A stretch of DNA of 64,000 nt from Macrostomum hystrix (taxonomy: Eukaryota > Animalia > Platyhelminthes), in assembly GCA_950097015.1 (NCBI GenBank), contig CATNEN010000038.1, positions 9,734,001-9,798,000 on the forward strand. Reading direction: 5' to 3'. The notes beneath the pieces were generated by a model, which saw nothing but the letters and a program-made list of their open reading frames with translations, had not been told where the DNA came from and made no database searches. Position 1 is the first letter of the stretch; each line of letters opens with the position of its first letter. The position numbers were made by a program, and so were the translations under genes. Below, in pieces: positions 1 to 12,300 of this stretch.

Positions 1-96
1 TTGGGAACTAAAACTCCGTTATTATTTTTTCGCTAAGAACTTTTCGTTCAGATGAATCTCTAGCTGAGTTTTCATTGTTTGGATGTCCCTGGGTTC

Positions 97-789
97 GAGA
101 GAGCACCAACTGGGATTTAAGAGAGCGCCAACTGGGATTCGGGAGAGCGCCAACTGGGATTCGGGAGAGTGCCAACTGGGATTTAAGAGAGCGCCAACTG
201 GGATTCGGGAGAGCGCCAACTGGGATTTAAGGGAGCGCCAACTGGGATTCGGGAGAGCGCCAACTGGGATTTAAGAGAGCGCCAACTGGGATTTGGGAGA
301 GCGCCAACTGGGATTTGGGAGAGCGCCAACTGGGATTTTAGGGAGTGCCGATTAGGATTCGGGAGAGCGCCAACTGGGATTTGGGAGAGCGCCGATTAGG
401 ATTCGGGAGAGCGCCGATTAGGATTCGGGAGAGCGCCGATTAGGATTCGGGAGAGCGCCGATTAGGATTCGGGAGAGCGCCAACTGGGATTTAAGGGAGT
501 GCCGATTAGGATTCGGGAGAGCGCCAACTGGGATTTGGGAGAGCGCCGATTAGGATTCGAGAGAGCGCCAACTGGGATTTGGGAGAGCGCCAACTGGGAT
601 TCGGGAGAGCGCCAACTGGGATTTGGGAGAGCGCCGATTAGGATTCGGGAGAGCGCCGATTAGGATTCGGGAGAGCGCCGATTAGGATTCGGGAGAGCGC
701 CGATTAGGATTCGGGAGAGCGCCGATTAGGATTCGGGGGAGCGCCAACTGGGATTCGGGAGAGCGCCAACTGGGATTTGGGAGAGCGCT
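97..789. repeat. Minisatellite, 22-bp unit (GAGAGCGCCAACTGGGATTCGG and variants)
   Basis: About 31 tandem copies visible; the small ORFs at 22-274 are repeat artefacts. Confidence 0.95.
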
Positions 790-1436
790 ACTTTCTGTTA
801 TTGTCCTAGAAAGTATACTCTAAAAAGTATATTATTGTCTGTTTGAAAAGGAACTTCCTATTGAATTGAATAACAATAGAGTCCAGCAGGCAATTCACAC
901 GAGTACGCCTGCATATGGAAAGCATTTGAATGAAATCGAACAGTTGTGAACGCGGACCTCCGGGCCCGGCCGGGTACTTTTCTCGCCCCTGTCCGGGAGG
1001 GCCGTCAGTCATGCCCGAGTATTTGGGTGGAGCTCAGGACGGACTAGCAGCTCAGCTTACTGTGCTTACTTAGACTGCCGGATTTGCAATGCGGGCTCGA
1101 GACCGCATGCACCTGGGCTGCCCCTCTCTGTTCTGTGTTCTCTGTTCTCCTGTTCTTTAAAAATGTCCCCCGCCAACTCTTCTTTCCCAGCGACGTCTGC
1201 TCCCCCCGCCTTCTCTCGTTCATCCCCTGCGCCAGCCCCCCCCGCCGCCCCAGCTGGTCCAGAACCGGCAGGACCAATCACAGGCCGCCGGCTAAATTGG
1301 ATCTCAGCAGATCATATAAGAATGGATGGAAATTGAGGCGAGACCTGAGCAAACTGAGGCCAGGTCTGGGGCAGAAAGCTATCAGACTCAGCTGGAAATC
1401 TGTCAACGTCTCTTCCCTGCCCACCTTCCAGTCCGC

Positions 1437-2171
1437 ATGGCTTCTTCAACTACCGGGCCGGCAATCGAGTTGAACGTCGGCGGCCGGATCTTTGCCACCA
1501 CGCTGGACACGCTGCGAGCAGAGCCAGACAGTCGCCTCGCCGAATGGTTCAGCGACCCGGCCAAGCATCTGGCCATTGACACCCACGGCAGACATTTTAT
1601 CGATCGCGACGGAGACGCCTTCGCCCAGCTGCTCAACTGTCTGCGCGACGGCGGCGACAGCGGCGCCTTCGTGGCTTCATTGGCTCCAGGCTGCAGCCGC
1701 TCGCGCCTGCGCACCGAGGCCAGCTTCTACGGCCTCAAGGGAGTCCTGGCGGCCTTGGACCGCGGCTGCCCGCAGCCGGGGGCTGACCCCGGCCCGGCCT
1801 CCGCCTGCATCACCGTCGGCTACCGCGGCACCTTCGCCTTCGGCCGTGACGGCTTGGCTGATGTCAAGTTTCGCAAGCTGACGCGCATCCTTGTGGCAGG
1901 CCGAATCTCGCTCTGTCGCCAGGTGTTCGGCGACACCCTGAATGAAAGCCGCGACCCGGACCGAGGCGAAGACGACCGGTACACTAGCCGGTTCTTCCTG
2001 AAGCACAACGTGCTGGAGCAGGCCTTCGAGATGCTGTACGACGCCGGCTTCTGCATGGTCGGGTCCTGCGGCTCCGGCACCAACAGCAGTATGACGGACG
2101 TGAAGCCCGGCCAGGACAATGAGGAGACCAAGTGGCAGCACTACAATGAGTTCGTGTTCGTCAGGAATTAA
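1437..2171 (+). CDS. KCTD8/12/16-like BTB/POZ protein (GABA-B auxiliary subunit family, invertebrate Ktl-like)
   Basis: T1-type BTB domain (IELNVGGRIFATTLDTL...FIDRDGDAF..LLNCLR...EASFYGL) followed by the H1 domain (ITVGYRGTFAFGRDG..DVKFRKLTRILVAGR...FGDTLNESRDPDR...YTSRFFLKH). ATG 1437 is preferred; the ORF is open from 1326. Confidence 0.9.
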   Translation: MASSTTGPAIELNVGGRIFATTLDTLRAEPDSRLAEWFSDPAKHLAIDTHGRHFIDRDGDAFAQLLNCLRDGGDSGAFVASLAPGCSRSRLRTEASFYGLKGVLAALDRGCPQPGADPGPASACITVGYRGTFAFGRDGLADVKFRKLTRILVAGRISLCRQVFGDTLNESRDPDRGEDDRYTSRFFLKHNVLEQAFEMLYDAGFCMVGSCGSGTNSSMTDVKPGQDNEETKWQHYNEFVFVRN

Positions 2172-2261
2172 ATCTCAGAGACCAACTGCGCCGATTGATT
2201 TCTGCTAATCATTTTATCGATTAGGAAACCCTCTACGGAACTGATTTTACGGGATTTTGAG

Positions 2262-2546
2262 TTAGGGGATTCTGAAGATTGGGGATCTGAAGATTGGGGA
2301 TCTGAAGATTGGGGATCTGAAGATTGGGGATCTGAAGATTGGGGATCTGAAGATTGGGGATCTGTAGATTGGGGATCTGTAGATTGGGGATCTGTAGATT
2401 GGGGATCTGTAGATTGGGGATCTGTAGATTGGGGATCTGTAGATTGGGGATCTGTAGATTGGGGATCTGTAGATTGGGGATCTGAAGATTGGGGATCTGA
2501 AGATTGGGGATCTGTAGATTGGGGATCTGAAGATTGGGGATCTGAT
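2262..2546. repeat. Minisatellite, 15-bp unit GATTGGGGATCTG(A/T)A
   Basis: About 18 tandem copies just 3' of the KCTD stop codon. Confidence 0.95.
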
Positions 2547-2953
2547 AGATAGCGAATATATATATGACTACTACTTATAACTTTAATTCTCTCTGTGGCC
2601 TAGCTGCTTTGTCTCCGCGTGTTTCTGTCCAGACATAATTCAAACTCGTACTAGTCCGAATCTTTCACTCGATGGCCTAAATGTAAGCAACAGAAAAGCA
2701 AATGCCCTGTCAATACACTGTCATTAAGAAAAAGCCACAAATATATAACTGATCTAATTTCCAGAGCCTAAACTTTGCACCCACCTATGTCAGTCACTAG
2801 CTTGTTATTTAAGTTTTCATGCTAGTTTCATGCTTATGCATAACCTTTTACCTGACTGAATTTCTTTCAGATTTCGTTTATCGTTTACTGCCAGCCAAGG
2901 CAGTGAAAGCAAGAGTGTTGCCAGCTGGCAGCTTGCCTGTGAAGACTGAAACT

Positions 2954-3030
2954 ATCACCTGATTGAAGCAGAATATCACCTGATAGAAGCAGAAGATCAC
3001 CTGATAGAAGCAGATCACCTGATTGAAGCA
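2954..3030. repeat. Short tandem repeat, about 20-bp unit ATCACCTGAT(A/T)GAAGCAG
   Basis: Four imperfect copies. Confidence 0.8.
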
Positions 3031-4367
3031 GGTGAGTCATCCGTTGTTAGGGTGACTCAAACACACCTGTTACACCTGTCCAATCGTAACTTATCAAAAG
3101 GGACACCTACCTATTTGTTACATCAGCGTTGAGCAGTGAATAAATAACTGCTCCACAGACCCCGCATAGCTTTTACCATAGACATCAGAGAGCGAATTAA
3201 ATTGAGCCCCGTCAGTGAGGCAGTGACACAATTCGGCCAGGATATCAGTCCGGTCAATGAGTAGGTTTTAATTAAGCATGCAGAGGTGAGCAAATTAGCT
3301 GTCAGTCAGGGCCTGTCAGATGGCACTCTCAGCTGACAGATGCATGAGCTCCGGGTCAGCCTAGCAATGGAATCGAATTCTCCGCAGCTAATTGCAGACT
3401 CTCGCTGCTCCTTTGCCCACCTCCGCGCGGCCGCGATCCCAGGAAATCAAGCAGAGAATGCCCGATTCTGGCGAGACATTTCGGCAGCGGCGGCGCCCCT
3501 AATTAAATCCCCCGTCGACAGCAAAATCCCGCTACGCATGTCAGCAACAAAAAATAGGAAATTAAAACGAGCGGCCGGCGCGATTGGAAAGTGCAGCCAA
3601 GCAGGGCCTACCCCCTGGCATTTCCAGCCTCAATGCGTTTCTCAAGGATTCTATCTATGACGGACCGCATATGTGCCATATGTGCCACCGGAGATCTGAT
3701 TAAATAAGGCCCGGGGGCAGAACCGACAAGCCCTGCCAGTTTAGGAACCTTTTCTGGGTGTAAATAAGTATGAACGGAGCTAACTAAACTTCACTTTTCC
3801 TAACTGGCACCACCTGTGAAGCCGCTTGTGTACAAAACAGTTACTTTAGCGCCTGCAGGCTCTAACCTAATGCATCTTGGCTTCAAAGTTCTACTCGCTG
3901 CACCTGCAGATCGGTTTGATACATGTCAGCCCTACTATTCTCTCTCCTGCTACTGTTCTAATGTCTCCCAGGTCTGCTTTTTTCTCCCTCATTGCCTGCC
4001 CTAATCTCTCCCTCATCTCCTGCTCTGCTCTAATCTGATCCCAGTATCTTATCACTTTCCTATCTCCTACTGTTAGATAACTGTTAGATAAAAAGGTAGG
4101 TGCAACCTGGTGGCCTCAATTGATCACGAGCATTATTTTGGCAAATGTCTCAAGATCGATTTTCAAGTGGCTCCTTGCAAGCATAAGTTCGAGCAAGCTT
4201 AATTTGAAATGAAGTCGTTAAAACTAAATGAGACGCTCGATACTTTTTCGGAGGAATCAAACACGATGAGATTTTTACCGTTCCCGTTGCATATTATGCC
4301 TAGATTCGAAGGACAAACAAATTTAAGTGACCCATTTCAAGCGATACATTTTATAGAAAACATTTTA

Positions 4368-5090
4368 AACGATACTTCTCTGAGAACACAGTTCATGCGA
4401 TACTTCGCTGAGAACACAGTTCATGCGATACTTCGCTGAGAACACAGTTCATGCGATACTTCTCTGAGAACACAGTTCATGCGATATTTCTCTGAGAACA
4501 CAGTTCATGCGATATTTCTCTGAGAACACAGTTCAAACGATACTTCTCTGAGAACACATTTCAAGCGATACTTCTCTGAGAACACAGTTCATGCGATACT
4601 TCGCTGAGAACACAGTTCAAACGATACTTCTCTGAGAACACATTTCAAGCGATACTTCTCTGAGAACACAGTTCATGCGATACTTCGCTGAGAACACAGT
4701 TCATGCGATATTTCTCTGAGAACACAGTTCATGCGATATTTCTCTGAGAACACAGTTCAAACGATACTTCTCTGAGAACACAGTTCATGCGATACTACTC
4801 TGAGAACACAGTTCATGCGATACTACTCTGAGAACACAGTTCATGCGATACTACTCTGAGAACACAGTTCATGCGATACTACTCTGAGAACACAGTTCAT
4901 GCGATACTTCTCTGAGAACACAGTTCATGCGATATTTCTCTGAGAACACAGTTCAAACGATACTTCTCTGAGAACACATTTCAAGCGATACTTCTCTGAG
5001 AACACAGTTCAAGCGATACTTCTCTGAGAACACAGTTCATGCGATACTTCTCTGAGAACACAGTTCATGCGATACTTCTATCAGAACACA
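4368..5090. repeat. Minisatellite, 28-bp unit TCTCTGAGAACACAGTTCATGCGATACT
   Basis: About 25 tandem copies. Confidence 0.95.
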
Positions 5091-5905
5091 AGACTTTGAG
5101 CTGTAAAAGTTTAGGAAAGTGTGCCATTTGGCTGCATGGCTGGCATGCATAATTCAGGCCCTGACACGCTCAGCTGCCGCAGCTACTGCGCGCATAATTC
5201 ATAGCTGGGCTGAAACCGCATGTACCGCTTTTAAACTCAGAAATATTTTGCGTTGGAAAATACGAGCAAGTTCTACTTGACAGCGGTGTGGATTGCGCTC
5301 AGGTAGGCTTAGGTTTACAGCCCTGTGCTGTTGCTAGCTAAATATTTTAAAACCTGTTTTCTGGCAACAACCTCATGAAAAAAGTTTGACATTTTTTGTT
5401 CTAGTTATCAGAGAACGTGTGTGAGTACGGGCTTCATCGGAGAGAAAGAGGAGCTCCCTCGACTAGGCGCTGGGTCGCTTAAAAACAAATCAAACGCGAA
5501 ATTATCAGCTGAGCGCAATGATAGTCAGCTGGGCTTAATTTTCTTTATTAGATTAAAAAATCCTACCATTTTAGAGCCAAAATTTAAACAATCAAATAAA
5601 GAAAATCAACCAAAACAGGCTTAAAAAATAGAATAAATATTCAAATCATACTACTATTACGCATGCAAATAAAAATGTAAACTGAAATGTAAAAATTATG
5701 TGTTAACCAAAAATGCAGTTTTTAATATTGGCAGCTGATTCTCAAAACAGATATAAGCGAACAAATCAATTAGAAGTTCAGCCTCTTAAAATTCTGAATT
5801 CTTCCATAAATACGAATATAAAGGGTGCAGTCGGGCAGCGTTAACAGTTAGTTAAATCATCAGAATGAGGTGGAATGCCTTAATTGAGGTGATAGAAAAT
5901 ACGAA

Positions 5906-6210
5906 GTGAGGTGGGTACGATGTACACTGCCCTAAGACTGCTGTGAGGTGGGGACGATGTACCCTGCCCTAAGAGTGCTGTGAGGTGGGTACGATGTACA
6001 CTGCCCTAAGACTGCTGTTAGGTGGGGACGATGTACACTGCCCTAAGACTGCTGTGAGGTGGGTACGATGTACACTGCCCTAAGACTGCTGTTAGGTGGG
6101 GACGATGTACACTGCCCTAAGACTGCTGTGAGGTGGGGACGATGTACACTGCCCTAAGACTGCTGTGAGGTGGGGACGATGTACACTGCCTAAAGACTGC
6201 TGTGAGGTGG
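5906..6210. repeat. Minisatellite, 37-bp unit (GTGAGGTGGGGACGATGTACACTGCCCTAAGACTGCT), just downstream of the PHKA stop
   Basis: About 8 copies. Confidence 0.95.
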
Positions 6211-6311
6211 AAGCCATGTAATCTACAAAATACAACAAAAAACTGGCAAAAAATGAATTCTGAAGTGTATAACAAGCGCCCTGGGAGGACTGTTGCCATC
6301 ACTGGTTTCCA

Positions 6312-9300
6312 TTACTGGACAATGCAATCAATGGAAGCGCGACCGTTTTCGTCCTGCGGTATGTCCAATAGGTCGGGCAGTGCCCGACTCAGATAAGTAA
6401 GCGTACCGAAGCGGCCGCTGGGAGCTGAGTCGTAAAAGTGCAAGCAAACTCCACAGGCTCCGCTGCAGCGCAGGCGGACCGACTCTGTCAGCCAGTAGTT
6501 GCCATCGAATTCGCGGTGCTTATTGAGGCGCTCAACGCAGCAGCGACTTGCATCGCCCTTCTGCTCAGCCTGGTCGAGCAGGAATAGCCAGTTAGCCCGG
6601 TGCACCAGCTGCTCAACGTGAATTATTCGGCGCAGGTCAATCAGTCTGGCCTGGTCAATTTCCGGGAGGCGAATCAGCAGGCTCAGCGCTTCAACTATTA
6701 GCTGGCGATACTCGGGCACTTGGACCCGAGAAATAAGGGCCTCCACCTGAGAATAGAGAGAAAATTGGATTTCGTAAGGAAGTACGTAGTATTCGAAGTG
6801 AATGGGCTCAAATTTGCAAAATCAAGGATAGGACGATGAGTCAGAGCTGTGGAGTATGGTGGCTGCAATTACCGATCAGGGATTGGATGATAAGCGATGT
6901 GATGTAAGTTGGCTGCTTGCCGATCAGGAATCGGATAACGGCGTCGAAGTGATGGAGTGAGGTGGCAGCGTGCCGATCAGGGATTGGATATAGGGTCGAA
7001 GTGATAGAGTAAGGTGGCCGCTTGGGCCGATCAGGGATTGGATGTAGGGTTGAAGTGGTGGAGTGAGGTGGCAGCTTGCCGATCAGGGATTGGATGTAGG
7101 GTCGAAGTGTTTGAGTGAGGTGGCCGCTTGCCGATCAGGGATTGGATGTAGGGTCGAAGTGATGGAGTGAGGTGGCAGCTTGCCGATCAGGGATTGGATG
7201 AAGGGGTCGAAGTGGCGGAGTAAGGTCGCTGATGAGGAGTTGGATGATAGGGCGGGGGGTGGTAAGTGATAAGCTAGCTGCCTGCTTGACTTTGTGCATA
7301 AGTGCGAGGTGCAGAGTGGCACTTGCATGAAGCGCGAATTTGACTTCGCCGGCTGTCATTTCGCGAGTCAGATGCTGCGGGATAATTGCGCCCCTGATGC
7401 TGAGCCCATCAGTGCGCTCGATGAGGCGCCAAATGTGATTGTAGAAGTCGTTAGGCACGCGGTTGAGGGCGCCATCGATTTTACGACGCCGAATCCATTG
7501 GCCCCGACTGTCGGTGAGACTGGCTTGCTCCGCAGTTTTTGTGCCAGGCAGTCGCTGTTGAGGTAGAAATGAGCAATGCACAGAATCTGTAGGTTCTATT
7601 CTAATATATATACAATGAGACGGAATAAAACCTAGTTCAAGTCCGTTTGGCTCACAGGTTGCATAGCGAAGTTTAATGCGCCAGGGCTAATGCCGACTTC
7701 GGTACAGACGGTAGCCGCACTGGCGCCTTCGTCAACCGTGACAAGACTCAGCACTTTAATCGATTGCGAATTCCTTGGGCTGCTGCGCTTCTGATTTGTG
7801 TGGCCCATTTCTGTCTCGTTGCACGACAAAATGCACAGGCGTGGCTGTTCACCCTGAGCGGAACTCACTGCGCGATAGGCGGAATCTGCTAAAGCTCGGA
7901 TATTGCCTAGCCTCATGCATGCTAGAATTGCAATCCATTACTAAGGACAGACTCACCATATTCAGCGCGGAACTCTATTCCACTAAGAAGGTTGTAGAGC
8001 AGGGTCTTCATTGAGAACGGGCTCAGGCTGAGCAGGTGTTCGGTGGCTTCCTCGGCTGTATAAAACGGAAGTTAAAAAGAAACTACTAAATGAAGACGAA
8101 AATTAATGGAATACGATCAGTTTTCATCGCACGGTCTAGAGCAAGGGGAGTGATAGGTGAGCGGAGTGAGGTGTACGCCCCAAAGGGCGGGGGATTATAG
8201 GCAGAGTAAGGTGGGTGCACGAATTGAGGCTGGGTGATGTGCTAGAGGAGTGAGGTGGGTGCAATAATTGAGGCTTGCTAATGTACTACGAGCGTAGCGG
8301 AGTGAAGTGGGTGCACGAATTGAAGATAAGATGGTTGACGCGCTGGCGGAGTGAGGGTGAACGCACGAATTGAGGCTGGGTGACGCGCTAGCGGAGTGAG
8401 GGTGGGCGCACGAATTGAGGCTGGGTGATGCGCTAGCGGAGTGAGGGTGGGCGCACGAATTGAGGCTGGGTGATGCGCTAGCGGAGTGAGGGTGGGCGCA
8501 CGAATTGAGACTGGGTGATGTGCTAGAGGAGTGAGGTGGTGGTGGGACACTCCAAGTTTCGCGGTTTATACCGTCGACAGAAAGCGAGCGGCCAATTTCG
8601 GTTCCCATGACGCGAATGATGAGGCCGACGCGGATTCTGTGCATATTGGTAAACAGCTGCGGCTCAGTCTTGGCCAGCATGCTCAAGTACACAAGAATCT
8701 CCTGCGTGAGCATGGCCAGTGTGATGTCATTGCCGAAGGCGGTGTGGATCAGGTCGGCCAATACGGCGCCAGACTTTGGCGACGTGAGCACACAGGACTC
8801 ATGTTCCGGGGGCAGGCCGATTGTGACCTGTTTCTGCCTCACCAGCAGATCTGTGAGACAGATTGGCAGGGTTTCAACTCGCTTGCCCAGCATGCCGGCC
8901 GTGTAGCGAACCAGCCACCACTGCTTCAGGCTGCCGGCGCGCTCGTAGAGCTCCTTCACTAGGTCGCGAACGGTCGTCGGCGTGTTGTTACTGTCGCGCC
9001 AGCCAGTGTCGTGGTTAGGACCTCTGGTACAATCAGCGGCGTGGGTCACAGTTTATATCGGCATCACGGAGTTCACGATTCACTGAATTACAGATTCACT
9101 GAATTAACGATTCACTGAATTACAGATTCACTGAATTACAGATTCACTGAATTACAGATTCACTGAATTACAGATTCACTAAATTAACGATTCACTGAAT
9201 TACAGATTCACTGAATTACAGATTCACTGAATTATAGATTCACTGAATTACAGATTCACTGAATTACAGATTCACTGAATTACAGATTCACTGAATTATA

Positions 9301-12300
9301 GATTCACTGAATTACAGATTCACTGAATTACCGATTCACTGAATTACAGGTTCACTGAATTACAGATTCACTGAATTACCGATTCACTGAATTACAGATT
9401 CACTGAATTACAGATTCACTGAATTACAGATTCACTGAATTAGGAATCGAGGATTCTCACCTGGACGTGAACAGGTGGTGGATAATATCGAACTGCTCGT
9501 AGAGAATCTCAGAGTTTTCCAGCCGGGTGAGCAGCACGCTGTCATCGATTCCGGCCAGAGAGGCGAACGAGCCGCGCCACCTATCGAAGGTCCTTTGACT
9601 GAAGGCGGGACGCTGCGGGCCAGAAACGGAATCAGTTGTCGGCGCCGCAGCTGCAGCGTCGGATTTTGTACTGGCGTCAGAGCCGCTGTCCAAGCAGGTC
9701 GGTTGGCGAAGCTTTCTAGTGACAACTAAAATCATCAATGTGGTTGCGAAAGTTCAGAAGTGCAAAATCAGCGAATATTGGGTTAAAAGCATGGCTTTGT
9801 TTTACCTTCATCTTCGTCCGAAGGCCACATATATAACGCGCCCGAAGCTGAAATTAAGATTTTCAGATGGCGCGTCTACTAACAGTACTAGATGCTTATA
9901 CCAAGTACCTGTTAGACACTTACGTTCACCAGTTAGACAAACACGTTTGACTGTTAGACACATACTGTCACGTGTTAGAAAAATAAATTAACCTGTTAGA
10001 CAAATGCGCTCACCTCTTAGACAGACAAAGTCAACTCTCAGACAGTCAAATTCGCATGTTAGAAAGACAAAGTCACCTGTTAGACAGACGCAGTCACCTG
10101 TTAGACAGACAAAGTAACCTGTTAGAAAGACACATTCACTTGTTAGACAGACAAAGTCACCTGTTAGACAGACAAAGTCACCTGTTAGACAGACAAAGTC
10201 CCCTGTTAGACAGACAAAGTCACCTGTTAGACAGACAAAGTCACCTGTTAGACAGACAAAGTCACCTGTTAGACAGACAAAGTCACCTGTTAGACAGACA
10301 CATTCACCTGTTAGACAGACGCAGTCACCTGTTAGACAGACACATTCACTTGTTAGACAGACGCAGTCACCTGTTAGACAGACAAAGTCACCTGTTAGAC
10401 AGACAAAGTCACCTGTTAGACAGACACATTCACCTGTTAGACAGACACATTCACCTGTTAGACAGACAAAGTCACCTGTTAGACAGACACATTCACCTGT
10501 TAGACAGACACATTCACCTGTTAGACAGACAAAGTCACCTGTTAGACGCACGTGTTCACCTGTTAGACATACACGTTCAGCTGAGCTGTTAGACAGACAG
10601 ACACCCGTTAAACAAATCTAAAGCTTACAGTCCTCATCGGATTGCAGAAGCTCAGAAGACAGCTCATGCGAAATCATCTCTACTGGCTTATGATTTCTAA
10701 GTTGAGAGCCGAAGCTGGAAGTCTCTTCGGTGTAGGCGTTGATAGCGTGCTCCTGGCCGTGCAGCTCAGCCGATACCGCAGTGCTCAGCATGATGGACAT
10801 CAGGCGCTTCGAAGACGCACGCTGCTGCTGCGGCAGTGTATGGAGATGTTTCTCTGCTGGCTTCACAGCAACAACCGTGCTAGAAATTGAAGGTGGATCG
10901 AGAGGTTTTGACCTTCTGAAGCGAGCCTGCCGGTGCCGCAAGCCGCTGGATGAGACTGCTCCTGCCAGCAGCTCCGCTACAATGCGACGCGAGATTGCTG
11001 CTTTAATCCGAAGATGAAGGCTCTGAGGGCGGTAGCTTCTCAAAGGCTACACTTGAGGATTAGTGGGTGTGTGAAGGCTACATCTGGGGATTAGTGGGTG
11101 TGGGAAGGCTACATCTGGGGATTAGTGGGTGTGGGAAGGCTACGTCTGGGATTAGTGGGTGTGGGAAGGCTACATCTGGGGATTAGTGGGGGTGGGAAGG
11201 CTACGTCTGGGATTAGTAGGTGTGGGAAGGCTACACTTTTGGCTTAGTGGGGTGGGAAGGCTACGTCTGGGATTAGTGGGGGTGGGAAGGCTACGTCTGG
11301 GATTAGTGGGGGTGGGAAGGCTACACTTTTGGCTTAGTGGGGGTGGGAAGGCTACACTTTTGGCTTAGTGGGGGTGGGAAGGCTACGTCTGGGATTAGTG
11401 GGTGTGGGAAGGCTACACTTGGGATTAGTGGGAAGGTGGGAAGGTGGCAAGGCTACACTTGGGATTAGTGGGGGTGGGAAGGCTACGTCTGGGATTAGTG
11501 GGTGTGGGAAGGCTACACTTTTGGCTTAGTGGGGTGGGAAGGCTACGTCTGGGATTAGTGGGGGTGGGAAGGCTACGTCTGGGATTAGTGGGGGTGGGAA
11601 GGCTACACTTTTGGCTTAGTGGGGGTGGGAAGGCTACACTTTTGGCTTAGTGGGGGTGGGAAGGCTACGTCTGGGATTAGTGGGTGTGGGAAGGCTACAC
11701 TTGGGATTAGTGGGAAGGTGGGAAGGTGGGAAGGCTACACTTGATTAGTGGGGGTGGGAAGGCTACACTTGGGATTAGTGGGGGGTGGGAAGGCTACATC
11801 TGGGGATTAGTGGGTGTGGGAAGGCTACATCTGGGGATTAGTGGGGGTGGGAAGGCTCCGTCTGGGATTAGTAGGTGTGGGAAGGCTACACTTTTGGCTT
11901 AGTGGGGGTGGGAAGGCTACGTCTGGGATTAGTGGGTGTGGGAAGGCTACACTTTTGGATTAGTGGGGGTGGGAAGGCTACACTTTTGGCTTAGTGGGGG
12001 TGGGAAGGCTACACTTGATTAGTGGGGGTGGGAAGGCTACACTTTTGGATTAGTGGGGGTGGGAAGGCTACACTTTTGGATTAGTGGGGGTGGGAAGGCT
12101 ACACTTTTGGATTAGTGGGGTGGGAAGGCTACACTTTTGGCTTAGTGGGGGTGGGAAGGCTACACTTTTGGATTAGTGGAGGTGGGAAGGCTACACTTTT
12201 GGATTAGTGGGGGTGGGAAGGCTACACTTTTGGATTAGGGGGGGTGGGAAGGCTACACTTTTGGATTAGGGGGGGTGGGAAGGCTACGTCTGGTATTAGT

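Noticed and set aside
1326-1436. N-terminal extension of KCTD, or an SL-donated start at the acceptor near 1431
   Set aside because: The extension shows no family features, and the acceptor is 5 nt before ATG 1437 so a leader AUG would be out of frame; more likely a 5' UTR intron.
4368-5090. CRISPR-like appearance of 28-37-bp repeats
   Set aside because: Units are head-to-tail without unique spacers, there are no cas genes, and the context is eukaryotic.
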